Of a stretch of DNA of 64,000 nucleotides, positions 19,184-29,695 are shown piece after piece. The DNA is from a virus (lineage: Duplodnaviria; Caudoviricetes). The notes beneath the pieces were generated by a model, which made no database searches, was not told where the DNA came from, and was given only the letters and a program-made list of their open reading frames with translations. Within the stretch, counting starts at the first letter, position 1; each line of letters starts with the position of its first letter. The stretch lies in the IMG/VR virus record IMGVR_UViG_3300028854_000488; one strand, 5' to 3'. The position numbers and the translations under genes were made by a program.

Positions 19184-20488
19184 ATGAATAAAAATTTATT
19201 ATTTGTGATACTATTATCAATTGCTGCACTATCATTGGCTGGTACTGCAGCATATTTTTCGATTTTTGGACTCACAAAATTATTTGCATCTGCAGGAGCA
19301 GGTATAACAATATTAGCAGCAGCATTAGAGTTTTCTAAATTAGTTACAGTATCTTATGTTTATCGTTATTGGAAAAAAATAAAACCTGTTTTAAGAGCAT
19401 TTTATGTTTTTGCAGTAGTATTCATTATGTTTTTAACATCAGTTGGAATTTATGGATTCCTTGTAGGATCATATCAACAATCATCTACTAAATTAGAAAG
19501 TAGAGAATCTCAAGTAAAAATTATAGAAAGTAAAAAATCATTATTTAAAATACAATTAGATATGATTAATAAATCTATAGAAAGTTCAAATACTAGAATA
19601 AATACATTATCTGGATTGAGAACACAGCAAGAAAAAAGATTGGATGATCTTTATACTAAAAAAAATAATAATGTTGCAAAAAGTGCTGAAACTCATATAA
19701 CAGGTTCAGATAATCAAATTAATATGCTTAATGCTGATATCACAACAAAAATGAAACAAGCAAGTGCATATAATGATTCAATAACTTATTATGATCAAAA
19801 AATTATAAATTTGAAATCATCAGACGAAACAAATGAAATTGGACCATATAAATTTGTAGCAAAATTAACAGGTATACCCATTGATAATTTAGTTAATATT
19901 GTTGCATTACTGATTATATGTGTATTTGATCCATTGGCTATTACATTATTAATAGGAATTAATCAATTAACAACTAAAAAAGAAGAAGATGACGAAGAAA
20001 CTGATGATGAACATAACGAAGAAGATGATGATAAAAAAAATTATGAAGCCATAATATCAGAAACAATTAAATCTGTAATTAATAATCCTGAATCATTTGG
20101 TATTAATATTAATAAAAGTACTGAACCAGTAATTGTAGAGCCTGTTGTAGAACCTATTGTAGAGCCTGTTGTAGAACCTATTGTAGAACCTATTGTAGAA
20201 CCTATTGTAGAACCAATCGTTAGTTCAACTCAGCAATATCTTAATGATATGGATGAAATATATTCAGAAATTCGTGAGGAATGGAAAAATGAAGAATTAA
20301 ATGAACAAGTAGTAGATGAAATTCAAGAGTCAACAGAATCTGAAGAAATTGATGAAGAAGTAGAAGAACCAGAACTAGTTGCTGAAGCTGACGACTTTTT
20401 AACTTTATTTGAGGAAACTGATAATGAACTAATAACAGTAATTAAACGTGATAATTCAATTACAGAATATCACTACGACCAAAAATAA
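19184..20488 (+). CDS. Membrane protein with coiled coil and acidic/EP(V/I)V tail
   Basis: Three N-terminal hydrophobic helices, LEFSKLV and FDPLA motifs, long coiled coil. Confidence 0.75.
   Translation: MNKNLLFVILLSIAALSLAGTAAYFSIFGLTKLFASAGAGITILAAALEFSKLVTVSYVYRYWKKIKPVLRAFYVFAVVFIMFLTSVGIYGFLVGSYQQSSTKLESRESQVKIIESKKSLFKIQLDMINKSIESSNTRINTLSGLRTQQEKRLDDLYTKKNNNVAKSAETHITGSDNQINMLNADITTKMKQASAYNDSITYYDQKIINLKSSDETNEIGPYKFVAKLTGIPIDNLVNIVALLIICVFDPLAITLLIGINQLTTKKEEDDEETDDEHNEEDDDKKNYEAIISETIKSVINNPESFGININKSTEPVIVEPVVEPIVEPVVEPIVEPIVEPIVEPIVSSTQQYLNDMDEIYSEIREEWKNEELNEQVVDEIQESTESEEIDEEVEEPELVAEADDFLTLFEETDNELITVIKRDNSITEYHYDQK
20138..20221 (+). repeat. 12-nt coding tandem repeat (EP[V/I]V x7)
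   Basis: ga(g/a)cc(t/a)(g/a)ttgta units. Confidence 0.85.
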
Positions 20489-20523
20489 AAATCACTAAAA
20501 AATTAGTGATTTTTGAGTCTTTG

Positions 20524-21276
20524 TTACCTATCCATTATAAACCAACCAGTATTTGTTTCTGATCTTACTTTTTCTATTACTGCATCCATTTTTTCTTTAC
20601 CTTGAGAAATCATATCGGCTGAATTGTACTGAAAATTTCCTGGTAAATTAAAATTAAATCTCCCCACAGCTTGACCTTGTCTTATTTGACATAATCCAAT
20701 AAGATATTGTTTGAAATATACATTATCAAAAAGTTCTTCTTCTTCAATTCGTGAATATATTTCTAACATCATATCAGTATCAATCATTGTTAATAAATTA
20801 AGATGCTTATTTATATGATTATAATTAAATCTTATTGTATTTGTAGTCATTTTATTTATTTGATCAGCAAAATTACTAATAACAGAACGATACACTCCTA
20901 ATTCTCCTGCTGTGGTAACAAAAGACGTTAAAAAAGGCTGATTGGTAACTCCAAGATTTATAGAAAGCTGAGGAGCTTGTATTCCCAAGCGAAATAAATT
21001 TGGATTGTCTATTTTTACTATTCTAACTATATCTTCTACTTCTGGCGGTAAAACTATTGTTTTTGTTCTATGATATTCATCTGTGTCAATGAAATCTCTT
21101 TTAAGGTAATAAAACATTTTAATTTTAGAGAATTGATAATTTTTATAAAACCAATCTAAAGCTTCTTCTCTGACTAAACGAATTACTTCCATATCAGGTA
21201 TAATTTTATCAAATAATCCAGAAACGGTCAAATCCCCCTGAACTATATCAATTAATTGATCGATTGTCATTGCCAT
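20524..21276 (-). CDS. T4 gp13-like neck protein
   Basis: C-terminal YFKQYLIGLC...NLPGNFQYNSADMISQGKEKM resembles the gp13 signature. Confidence 0.65.
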   Translation of the reverse strand: MAMTIDQLIDIVQGDLTVSGLFDKIIPDMEVIRLVREEALDWFYKNYQFSKIKMFYYLKRDFIDTDEYHRTKTIVLPPEVEDIVRIVKIDNPNLFRLGIQAPQLSINLGVTNQPFLTSFVTTAGELGVYRSVISNFADQINKMTTNTIRFNYNHINKHLNLLTMIDTDMMLEIYSRIEEEELFDNVYFKQYLIGLCQIRQGQAVGRFNFNLPGNFQYNSADMISQGKEKMDAVIEKVRSETNTGWFIMDR

Positions 21277-21380
21277 AATTACAAATTATTATTTTTTATT
21301 ATATATAAATTTTAAATTGTCTATTTTCTGAAACAATTTTATTGAATAACTTTTTTTTATATATACAAATAAAAAAGAAT

Positions 21381-22433
21381 ATGATATTATCTGAAAGTGT
21401 GATTTTAAAAATGAATAATAGATATGTGAAACATTATATAGATAAAGGATATTATGTTAAAGGTGGACAAACTATAGAAGTTAAAATTGAAGATTTGACA
21501 ATTAATAGTAATGTCTTAATTGATGCTAAGTGTGATCGCTGTGGTGAAGAAAGAAAGATATTGTTTATTGCTTATAATAGATATACAAAAAATAGAACTG
21601 AGGACTATTATTGTCAAAAATGTAACAATATAAAAAGAAAAATAAGTGTCAAAGAAAAATATGGAGTTGATAATATATTAGAATCTGATGTTATAAGAGA
21701 TAAAATTAGAAATACTATGATAGAAAGATATGGTACTGAACATGCATTAAATGTTTTAGAATTTAAAGAAAAGATGAAAGAAACAAACAATATTAGATTT
21801 GGCTGCGATTATGCATCTGAAAATGATGAAATTAAAAATAAAATTAAAAATACATTTTTAAAAAATTATGGTGTTACAACATCACTTTTAGATAAAGACA
21901 CTCAAATTAAAATAGAAAACACAAATCTAGAAAAATATGGAGCAAAAAATGTTTTTTCATTGTATGAATTTAGAGTTAAGCCAATGTTAGATAAATATGG
22001 TGTTGATCACCCTATTAAAAATGATGATATACGGAACAAGATAGAGACAACAAATACTGAAAGATATGGTAATATAAATCCGATGTGCAATGATGATGTT
22101 AAAAATAAGATGATTAAAACTAAGCAATCATTAGGATTATATTTACAAGATTCTGATAGGAGTGATTTTTTGAATTATAAATTGAAAGTTAAATCATATA
22201 CGAATAAAAATAAAAAAGAATTATATGAATTTTGGAATGGTTATGATTTTTATGATAATGAATATATAAAAGGTAATAATAAAAATGATAGAAATTATCC
22301 AACAATTGATCATAAAAAATCTGTAAAATATGGATTTGAAAATAGTATTTCACCTGAAGAAATTAGTAAATTGTCAAATTTGTGTATAACAAAGAGAGGA
22401 ATCAATTCATCAAAGGGTTCAAATTGTAGATGA
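21381..22433 (+). CDS. HNH-like homing endonuclease with KYG repeats
   Basis: WNGYDFYDNEYI...YPTIDHK...NLCITKRGINSSK. Confidence 0.75.
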   Translation: MILSESVILKMNNRYVKHYIDKGYYVKGGQTIEVKIEDLTINSNVLIDAKCDRCGEERKILFIAYNRYTKNRTEDYYCQKCNNIKRKISVKEKYGVDNILESDVIRDKIRNTMIERYGTEHALNVLEFKEKMKETNNIRFGCDYASENDEIKNKIKNTFLKNYGVTTSLLDKDTQIKIENTNLEKYGAKNVFSLYEFRVKPMLDKYGVDHPIKNDDIRNKIETTNTERYGNINPMCNDDVKNKMIKTKQSLGLYLQDSDRSDFLNYKLKVKSYTNKNKKELYEFWNGYDFYDNEYIKGNNKNDRNYPTIDHKKSVKYGFENSISPEEISKLSNLCITKRGINSSKGSNCR

Positions 22434-22727
22434 TTATAAATTATATTTTTCTCCTGCTGTTTTTATTTCATATTCTTCTAATGATTTGCCAGTTGTGAAT
22501 ATTCCATCTGCATATTCAAATATGTGAACATTTTTATTTTGATAGTTAAAAATTCTCCAGTAATCAATACAACAAAATTTATTATTATCATCTTTCAATC
22601 TGCATCCAGTAAAATTTGAATAATACATTTTATATTTTTTGCCTTTTGTGAATTTCCAATATAAGTCTGAATCATTTGATTTTACACATAGTAAGATACT
22701 ATCTATGTGTAATTTTATAATATACAA
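22434..22727 (-). CDS. Hypothetical protein ending KYNL
   Basis: 97-aa ORF; start uncertain. Confidence 0.55.
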   Translation of the reverse strand: MYIIKLHIDSILLCVKSNDSDLYWKFTKGKKYKMYYSNFTGCRLKDDNNKFCCIDYWRIFNYQNKNVHIFEYADGIFTTGKSLEEYEIKTAGEKYNL

Positions 22728-22836
22728 AAATTAACACAAATAAAGTTATTGTTTATTATGGAAGTGCTAATTCGTTGACTTTTTTATTTTAATATATTTA
22801 TATATAAAAAATAAAATAAAAAATTTATATAAAGCT

Positions 22837-23478
22837 ATGGAGGTATTTAAGTTTAAAGAATTCACGATTAATGAAAACATCTCTTTAATTGATCATGACG
22901 GAATATTATTAATTGTTGATGTACAGTCTAATTTCAAGAAATATTTTCCTACTGATCCTAATGGATTTATTAAAAAAATAGATAAATATTGTTTAGATTT
23001 TCCATCAGATGAATCAGGAAAAGGGGTTTATCAAATATGGGATTCAAATCAAGGATCTAAACCTACTTATAAATTTAAAAATGAAGTTGATTTGATAGAA
23101 AAAAAATATGGAGTTAAGAAATTTTATTCTAAATATAAAGGAGGATTTAAGGAATGGATAACACATATATTTGATAATAAAACTCTTGAAGAATTCAATT
23201 CAAGACACAACAATTTTAAAAAAGGAGACGCTTTTAAATTAAAAGATAAGAATGAATTTTTAATATACATAGGTAATAATCATAAATGGTTTTATGTTAA
23301 TGAAGAATTGGTTGAATTATTTAAAAAATTTAAAAATAAAAAAATTATTGTGATTGGGGGTGCCTCCAATGAGTGTATTATGGATGTTTATATAGCATTA
23401 AAATCATTTAATTCTATACCAATTTATAATCATCAATATATTTATAGTGCTGATACTGGCAATTATTTAAAAAAATGA
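22837..23478 (+). CDS. Isochorismatase/cysteine hydrolase-like protein
   Basis: LLIVDVQSNF and IVIGGASNECI. Confidence 0.65.
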   Translation: MEVFKFKEFTINENISLIDHDGILLIVDVQSNFKKYFPTDPNGFIKKIDKYCLDFPSDESGKGVYQIWDSNQGSKPTYKFKNEVDLIEKKYGVKKFYSKYKGGFKEWITHIFDNKTLEEFNSRHNNFKKGDAFKLKDKNEFLIYIGNNHKWFYVNEELVELFKKFKNKKIIVIGGASNECIMDVYIALKSFNSIPIYNHQYIYSADTGNYLKK

Positions 23479-24323
23479 TATATTAGTTTATTGTATTTTT
23501 GAGAATTTATAAATTTTTTAGTAAAACATAAATTTGATATTTTTGCAATTTCTTCTTCTTTTATACCATTTTTAAATCCCTCAGATATTGGATATTTATG
23601 ATCAATAGTAGGATAATCTTTATGCGTACCTGGTAAATTAAAATTATCTTTAATATATTCATTATCATAATAATCTTTACCGTCCCATGTAGAAAATAAT
23701 TCACTTTTTAATTTTTTTGTTAAATTATAAACTTTATTTCTATATAGTTGAAAATCATCTGTTTCTATAATAAATCCATTTTTAATATGATATTCTTTCA
23801 TGATATCTTTCATTTTATCAGAAGACATAGGATGTATTGTTCCATAATTTATTAGACTTGTCTGTTCATATTTTTCTTTAAAATCTTCACTTTGATAATA
23901 ATATTCTGTTCCATATCTCTCAATCATAGTTTCTTTTCTTTTCTCTTTGAATTTTTCAACTTGAGATGGATTTTCCACTTCATATTTTTCTAAACAAGTT
24001 TCTTTATGTTTTTCAAGATTACGATAATTTTCATCACCATATTTTTCTAAGTATGTTTTTTTAACTTTTTCTTGCCCACATTTTGATGAGCATGTATATG
24101 TATTGTGTTTTTTGATATTTTTAAAATAGAACCTATACATTAATTCTTTTTCAGTATCACAGACATCACATTTAACAGTAACCATTGAATGACTACCGTT
24201 ATTTAGATGTTCTACTGGTATTGTTAGTTTATTTCCTGGTTTAAGATTTTCGTATCCTAATGATTTGAAATGCTTCATATTTGCCGAATTTACTATTATT
24301 TCAATTTCTTTCGTTAGTATCAT
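23463..24323 (-). CDS. HNH-like homing endonuclease with KYG repeats
   Basis: WDGKDYYDNEYI...YPTIDHK...NLCFTKKFINSQK. Confidence 0.75.
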   Translation of the reverse strand: MILTKEIEIIVNSANMKHFKSLGYENLKPGNKLTIPVEHLNNGSHSMVTVKCDVCDTEKELMYRFYFKNIKKHNTYTCSSKCGQEKVKKTYLEKYGDENYRNLEKHKETCLEKYEVENPSQVEKFKEKRKETMIERYGTEYYYQSEDFKEKYEQTSLINYGTIHPMSSDKMKDIMKEYHIKNGFIIETDDFQLYRNKVYNLTKKLKSELFSTWDGKDYYDNEYIKDNFNLPGTHKDYPTIDHKYPISEGFKNGIKEEEIAKISNLCFTKKFINSQKYNKLIYHFFK

Positions 24324-24450
24324 TAGATGCGTTGTTTTTTATGTAATCAGATATAATAATTTCTGTTAATTTATTAATTTGATATCCATTATCTTTACAA
24401 TATTTTTTAAAAATATTATGTACTTTATCATCTATATGTAATGTTTTCAT
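24301..24450 (-). CDS. Small ribbon-helix-helix protein
   Basis: MKTLHIDDKVHNIFKKYCKDNG...; overlaps the endonuclease start. Confidence 0.6.
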   Translation of the reverse strand: MKTLHIDDKVHNIFKKYCKDNGYQINKLTEIIISDYIKNNASNDTNERN

Positions 24451-24626
24451 ATTATATTTTTTATTTATATATAAATTTATAAATATCAAAAAATATCAAT
24501 TTTGATATTACTTTTTTTTAAATTTGATAATAATCTTTACCGTCCAATGTTTAATATATTTAAATTTTTTTGAAAAATAAAATTTATATATAAACTATAT
24601 AAAATTTAAAAATAAATAAATTAAAT

Positions 24627-25334
24627 ATGTTAAATTATATACTACTCGCAATTAATATTGCTAATATATTTCAAGATTACGGTTTTATAATTACGGTTTT
24701 TTTGATTGTAATTTTAATTTCTTATATGATGATAAATAGTTCGGCAAAAAGAATAAAAGAGCAAGAAGATAAAATTGATTCATTATATACTAGGTTGGAT
24801 GATATGATGAAAAAAATACCGAATGATGATCATTCTGATTTACCAACAAAATTTATGAATTTTGCAGAAAATGCAAATAAAATACAAATACAGATGTATC
24901 ATTTATTACAGATATTTGATAGTGAAAGGATATCTATTTATGAATTTCACAATGGGGGTAAAAATTTATCAGGCGTAGAATTTAAGAAATGTAGTAATAC
25001 TTATGAGGCAGTATCATTAGAAACCAAACCAATTATAAAAGAAATGCAAAATATGCCATTGAGTATAAATCCTCTTTGGAATAGAATATTAGCTACACGT
25101 GAAGAGATTTATATTCCAGTTGTAGCTGATTTGAAAGATTATTTTTTAAAAGATTATTTAACATCATTAGGTATAAAAACTTATTACTCAACAATTTTAG
25201 AAGATTATGATAATACTCCAATTGGACTTATAACAATGGAATATTATTATCATACTAAAGAATTAACTAAAGAACAATTTGAAGAATTTGCTGAAACAGC
25301 CATAAAAATAGCGGTATTAATAAATAAAAAATAA
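24627..25334 (+). CDS. N-terminally anchored GAF-like protein (possible T-type holin)
   Basis: TM helix followed by RISIYEFHNGG...SNTYE and a PIGLITMEY GAF-like strand. Confidence 0.45.
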   Translation: MLNYILLAINIANIFQDYGFIITVFLIVILISYMMINSSAKRIKEQEDKIDSLYTRLDDMMKKIPNDDHSDLPTKFMNFAENANKIQIQMYHLLQIFDSERISIYEFHNGGKNLSGVEFKKCSNTYEAVSLETKPIIKEMQNMPLSINPLWNRILATREEIYIPVVADLKDYFLKDYLTSLGIKTYYSTILEDYDNTPIGLITMEYYYHTKELTKEQFEEFAETAIKIAVLINKK

Positions 25335-25345
25335 TTCATAAGAGT

Positions 25346-25966
25346 ATGAATGAAATCGTTATATGTATATTTATTACTTTAGTTATCATTGGATTTATTA
25401 TAATGACAAAAAAAATTTATAATAACAACAAAAAAAATTATAGTACTTTATTTGAATTTATATCAAGAAATATTGATTTTTTAACATATCATGAAAATAT
25501 ACAATATATGAATATGTTAAAAGAAACTGGTACACTATTTTCTTATTATCAAAGGATATCATCGGATTTAAATTTTAATTATATGAGTTTTTTCAAATAT
25601 GATTATACAAAGGGTTATATATCATTAGATTTTTTATTTACAATGAATAATTCTGGTAAACTTATTGATGATAGAGTATTAGATGAATTGCCAGTGACTT
25701 CTAGTAAAATAGCTACAACTATATTAAGAAGTGATAAAGATTTCAATTATATATATCTTGATGATATTAAATCTCTTAACCATAATAAAGATATTTATAA
25801 TATATTTAAAGAAAGATCTGTTCATAAAATTTATTATAAAAAAATATATAATGAAGTCGATAGATTAGGATTCTTTTTTGTAACATATACTGAGGAACAT
25901 ACTATGTCTGATGATGAACAGAAAATATTTTTAGATGTTATGAATCATGTTAAAACATTAATTTGA
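25346..25966 (+). CDS. N-terminally anchored GAF-like protein
   Basis: TM helix; LGFFFVTY strand near the C-terminus; same architecture as the neighbour. Confidence 0.45.
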   Translation: MNEIVICIFITLVIIGFIIMTKKIYNNNKKNYSTLFEFISRNIDFLTYHENIQYMNMLKETGTLFSYYQRISSDLNFNYMSFFKYDYTKGYISLDFLFTMNNSGKLIDDRVLDELPVTSSKIATTILRSDKDFNYIYLDDIKSLNHNKDIYNIFKERSVHKIYYKKIYNEVDRLGFFFVTYTEEHTMSDDEQKIFLDVMNHVKTLI

Positions 25967-26042
25967 ATATTAAAAAATATTAAATATCTATAATCCTTGA
26001 TAATATATGTATCAAGGATTTTTTTATTACTCTAAAATGTTG

Positions 26043-26050
26043 TATCTTTG
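26043..26050 (+). promoter_or_regulatory. Bacteroidota-type -7 promoter element TATCTTTG
   Basis: TAnnTTTG 23 nt upstream of the likely start at 26073. Confidence 0.6.
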
Positions 26051-26072
26051 TATTATAATTAAAAACAAAGAT

Positions 26073-26567
26073 ATGAAAAAAGAAACTCTATATCAGTTTG
26101 AAAATGTCGAAGACATTAAAAAATTCATAGTTGGCGGTAATGCTATTTTCACATTGGAAAGTAAAATAACTGGAAATTGGTTTACTTACAAAATTAAAAA
26201 AATGAAAGATGCTGATGAAAAATCACCATTATTTGTTTATGTTCTTACTGGAAGTGACAATGAAGGATCATATACTTATATGGGATCTATTTTTAATTAT
26301 GGTAAATTGATTTTTAAATTAACTCCAAAATCTAAAATTAAACAAGATGCATTATCTTATAAAGCATTTTCATTTTTCTTCAATTTATTGATGCTAAATC
26401 AAATTCATAAAGATATGGGAATTTATCATAAAGGAATTTGTGCAATATGCGGCAGAACGCTCACAACTCCGGAATCTTTAAAAAACGGAATAGGGAGCAC
26501 CTGTGCTGGTATTATTTCTACTAAGAATTCTATTAAAAATAAAAAATCTTTATCATATTCTTATTAA
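26073..26567 (+). CDS. DUF6011-like Zn-binding protein
   Basis: CAICGRTLTTPESLKNGIGSTC. Confidence 0.75.
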   Translation: MKKETLYQFENVEDIKKFIVGGNAIFTLESKITGNWFTYKIKKMKDADEKSPLFVYVLTGSDNEGSYTYMGSIFNYGKLIFKLTPKSKIKQDALSYKAFSFFFNLLMLNQIHKDMGIYHKGICAICGRTLTTPESLKNGIGSTCAGIISTKNSIKNKKSLSYSY

Positions 26568-26628
26568 TTATTTTTAAATAATATAAACAAAAAGTCGTTT
26601 TCTTTATAAAATAAGAAAACGACTTTTT

Positions 26629-26838
26629 ATGTGGAAATACCTTATCATATTACTTTTCTTTAATGTAATATTATTTTTTATTTATAACTCATTCGGATTT
26701 GAATTGACAATTATATTTGCATTAGCGATCATATGTTCAACTCTTATTAATTCTACAATTTTTTCTAAAAAGAAAATAAATCCTAAAAAAATGCCTCAGC
26801 AGTTTTATACAACAAATAAAAAACAATTCAGGCTCTAA
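26629..26838 (+). CDS. Small membrane protein
   Basis: Two hydrophobic segments. Confidence 0.65.
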   Translation: MWKYLIILLFFNVILFFIYNSFGFELTIIFALAIICSTLINSTIFSKKKINPKKMPQQFYTTNKKQFRL

Positions 26839-27509
26839 TGTTAAGAGATTATCAAGAATATGCATTATCTAATTTTATTAAAAATGATAAATCTATGTTT
26901 TTTTGGTCAAGACAAACAGGTAAAAGTTTTGTAATAAATAAAATGATAGAAAATTTTGTAATTAATAATAACGATAAAAAAATATTTTTTATTATTGATT
27001 ATAAAAAATATTTTCGTGATTTTATGTCAAAAATTAGAAATGATATAAATAATGTTGTTGTTAAATATAGTTCAAACAATATTAATTTCATAAATAATAA
27101 TAAATTAACATTTTGTTCTATTACAGATAATTTTTTTTCTATATTAACATCTTATAATCCAGAATTAATTGTAATCGATGGTTTTTCTAAAATAACTAAT
27201 GGAATTAATAACGTTCAATATTTAAATATGTTTATAAATATGGTTAGTAATAAATGCAAATGCAAATGTATATTTACTTTTGAATATAATATTAATATAA
27301 TTAAGACTTTAGATTATAAAAATGATTATTATATTAATATAATTCCATATGATATAAATGACACTTTGATGATAGATTCAAGCTATAAATTAAATTCTAA
27401 TATATTAAAAGATTTAAGTTATAAACCTTATGAGTTACTAGATTATTCTAATTTATCTTACATTAGGAAAAAGAAAATAAAAAAATTAAATAGTTTGAAT
27501 TCTATTTAA
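26838..27509 (+). CDS. Degenerate terminase/SF2-like ATPase domain protein
   Basis: LRDYQ, WSRQTGKS (Walker A), LIVIDG (Walker B without Glu). Confidence 0.55.
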   Translation: MLRDYQEYALSNFIKNDKSMFFWSRQTGKSFVINKMIENFVINNNDKKIFFIIDYKKYFRDFMSKIRNDINNVVVKYSSNNINFINNNKLTFCSITDNFFSILTSYNPELIVIDGFSKITNGINNVQYLNMFINMVSNKCKCKCIFTFEYNINIIKTLDYKNDYYINIIPYDINDTLMIDSSYKLNSNILKDLSYKPYELLDYSNLSYIRKKKIKKLNSLNSI

Positions 27510-27869
27510 TTTTTGAATTTTTTTTGCTCTTAGTATTATAGTTCTTTTTTTTGTCCATTCATTCATATTATCATATTTTTTACCATATATACAATAGCTG
27601 TTATAATAAAAACCAGTTGAACTATCTCTAATGCTATATGATGCTCTGTAGATATTATGTTCTTTTTTATTATGAATATATAATGTTTTTGTATTATATA
27701 TATTATGGGTTATAAATTTAATATCTTTTGATTTTTGATATTTTTTTGGAATTTTATACCAAAAATCATTAATAATATTACTATAAATTGAAAAATTATC
27801 ATTTTCATTATCATTTTCAATTACTAAATAGTTTATATCGTTTTCTATTTCTTTATATATTTTCTTCAT
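27486..27869 (-). CDS. Hypothetical protein with C-terminal RxKKI motif
   Basis: 127-aa ORF. Confidence 0.65.
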   Translation of the reverse strand: MKKIYKEIENDINYLVIENDNENDNFSIYSNIINDFWYKIPKKYQKSKDIKFITHNIYNTKTLYIHNKKEHNIYRASYSIRDSSTGFYYNSYCIYGKKYDNMNEWTKKRTIILRAKKIQKLNRIQTI

Positions 27870-29595
27870 TTATTACTGAGAATGACATTTTTTTAGTTAT
27901 TTTTAAAATTCTATCAAAATAACTACTCATTGATGAACTTTCTGTGAAATATACTTTAGGATCTAATATAATAATATTTATATTAAATTCCTTGGTGAAA
28001 TCTTTTAATACTTTCAATGCGTATTCTACATTAATAGGACCCATGCTAGAAAATACTTCATCTAAAAATAAAATATTTAATTTTCTAAATTTTAATATTA
28101 GTTTTAGATACGATAGAGCAATTCCAATATTTATTTTTTTTGATTCCCCCATAGATAAACTTTCAGGATGTATTTCAGTAGTTAATCTCTCATATATTTT
28201 AACGTTAAAATTTTCATCTATTTTAACGTTATATGTAGATTTCATATCATCTAAAATTTCTTTTAAATAAACATTTATTGGTTTAACTATATTCTGAACA
28301 ATGCTTTTTCTAACTCCATTAGTTGAAAATATATATTTTAATTCTTCATAGATTTTATTTTTATTATTTAGTTCTATTATTTTATTATTATTTTTGATAT
28401 TATTATTTTTAAGTTCTTCAATATTTTTTTCTAATTCTACAATAGATATATGATCTGATGTATCTATTAAATCTGATATTTTTTTTGTTATTATTTTTAA
28501 CTCATATATTAAATTATTATATTTTGAACTGATTATATTTTTTTGATTATATAATGAATCTCTATCATTTGAAATTTGAGTTAATTTTAAAGTTAAACTA
28601 TCTTTTTTAGAATTTAATTTTTTAAAATTTTCTTTTTCTTTTATTAATTTATAATTAATATCACTCAAATCATGCTTGTGATTTTCATCACTTAAATCAG
28701 TATTACATAATGGACAAATACCTGATTCATATATCTCTAATTTTTCTTCTATATTTTTTATTTCAACTTTTATTTCTATAATATCATTTGATATTATATT
28801 TCTTTGATTTTCAAAGTCTTGTCTTTCTTGATCTAATTTTTTAAATTTATCATCATATGATAGTAATTCTTTCTTATAATTTATATATGGTTCTCTCTTT
28901 GAGTTTTTTTCTATTTCTAATTTCTCTCTTTCTTTTTCTTTATCTAATATTCCACTTCTCTTAATATTTATAATATTTTGATTTAATGTTTTAATTGTTT
29001 GCTCATTAGTTTCTATTATAGATATTAATTTTAATTCTTCTTCTTTATTTTGTTTGATTAATCCGTTATTTAAATTTAGATATTCATCTAAATTTTGCAA
29101 ATTGAATAATCTATTTATAATATTTCTTTTATCTTCTGGATTTAAGTCAATAAAATTTGCAAAATCAGATACTGACATTGAAATAAAACTTTTATAAGTA
29201 TCATAATCAAATCCTATTAATTTATCTCTATCTTCTTTTTTTAAATTTTTAAATTTTCTTGTTTCATCTATATCATTAATAAATACTTTTGCATGATTAG
29301 GTTCTAAACATCTCTGAATTCTAATAATATCAGACATATTATTAGTGAATTGTATTTCAGTTTCTAAATTTTTGTTAATTCTATTTGGAAGTATTTTTTG
29401 AGTTACTTTACTACCATTTTTTCCTCTTACTATACCAAAGAGAGAAAAATCAAATGATTGCTGAAAACTGCTTTTACCACCTCCATTTTCTGAAGATAAT
29501 AATATTAAATCAGAAGAATTTTCTTTAAATTCTATTGATTGAATATTGTTTCCAAATGATTTGAAATTTTTAAGTGAAATTGATTTAATTATCAT
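27853..29595 (-). CDS. sbcC: SbcC/Rad50/T4 gp46-like recombination ATPase
   Basis: LKNFKSF, ENGGGKS, CPLC zinc hook, LSMGE signature, LFLDE. Confidence 0.9.
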   Translation of the reverse strand: MIIKSISLKNFKSFGNNIQSIEFKENSSDLILLSSENGGGKSSFQQSFDFSLFGIVRGKNGSKVTQKILPNRINKNLETEIQFTNNMSDIIRIQRCLEPNHAKVFINDIDETRKFKNLKKEDRDKLIGFDYDTYKSFISMSVSDFANFIDLNPEDKRNIINRLFNLQNLDEYLNLNNGLIKQNKEEELKLISIIETNEQTIKTLNQNIINIKRSGILDKEKEREKLEIEKNSKREPYINYKKELLSYDDKFKKLDQERQDFENQRNIISNDIIEIKVEIKNIEEKLEIYESGICPLCNTDLSDENHKHDLSDINYKLIKEKENFKKLNSKKDSLTLKLTQISNDRDSLYNQKNIISSKYNNLIYELKIITKKISDLIDTSDHISIVELEKNIEELKNNNIKNNNKIIELNNKNKIYEELKYIFSTNGVRKSIVQNIVKPINVYLKEILDDMKSTYNVKIDENFNVKIYERLTTEIHPESLSMGESKKINIGIALSYLKLILKFRKLNILFLDEVFSSMGPINVEYALKVLKDFTKEFNINIIILDPKVYFTESSSMSSYFDRILKITKKMSFSVINEENI

Positions 29596-29695
29596 GTATA
29601 ATTATATATGAACATAATAAAAAAGTTTTTAAATAAAAATGTTATTTTTGACAATTTGAACTTAAGTTTTTAAATATATAAATAAAAAATAAAAT

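Noticed and set aside
20138-20221. Possible CRISPR array or non-coding repeat
   Set aside because: 12-nt units without spacers, in frame and encoding EP(V/I)V; the 21-nt units at 45150-45430 likewise encode a heptad coiled coil. No cas genes are present.
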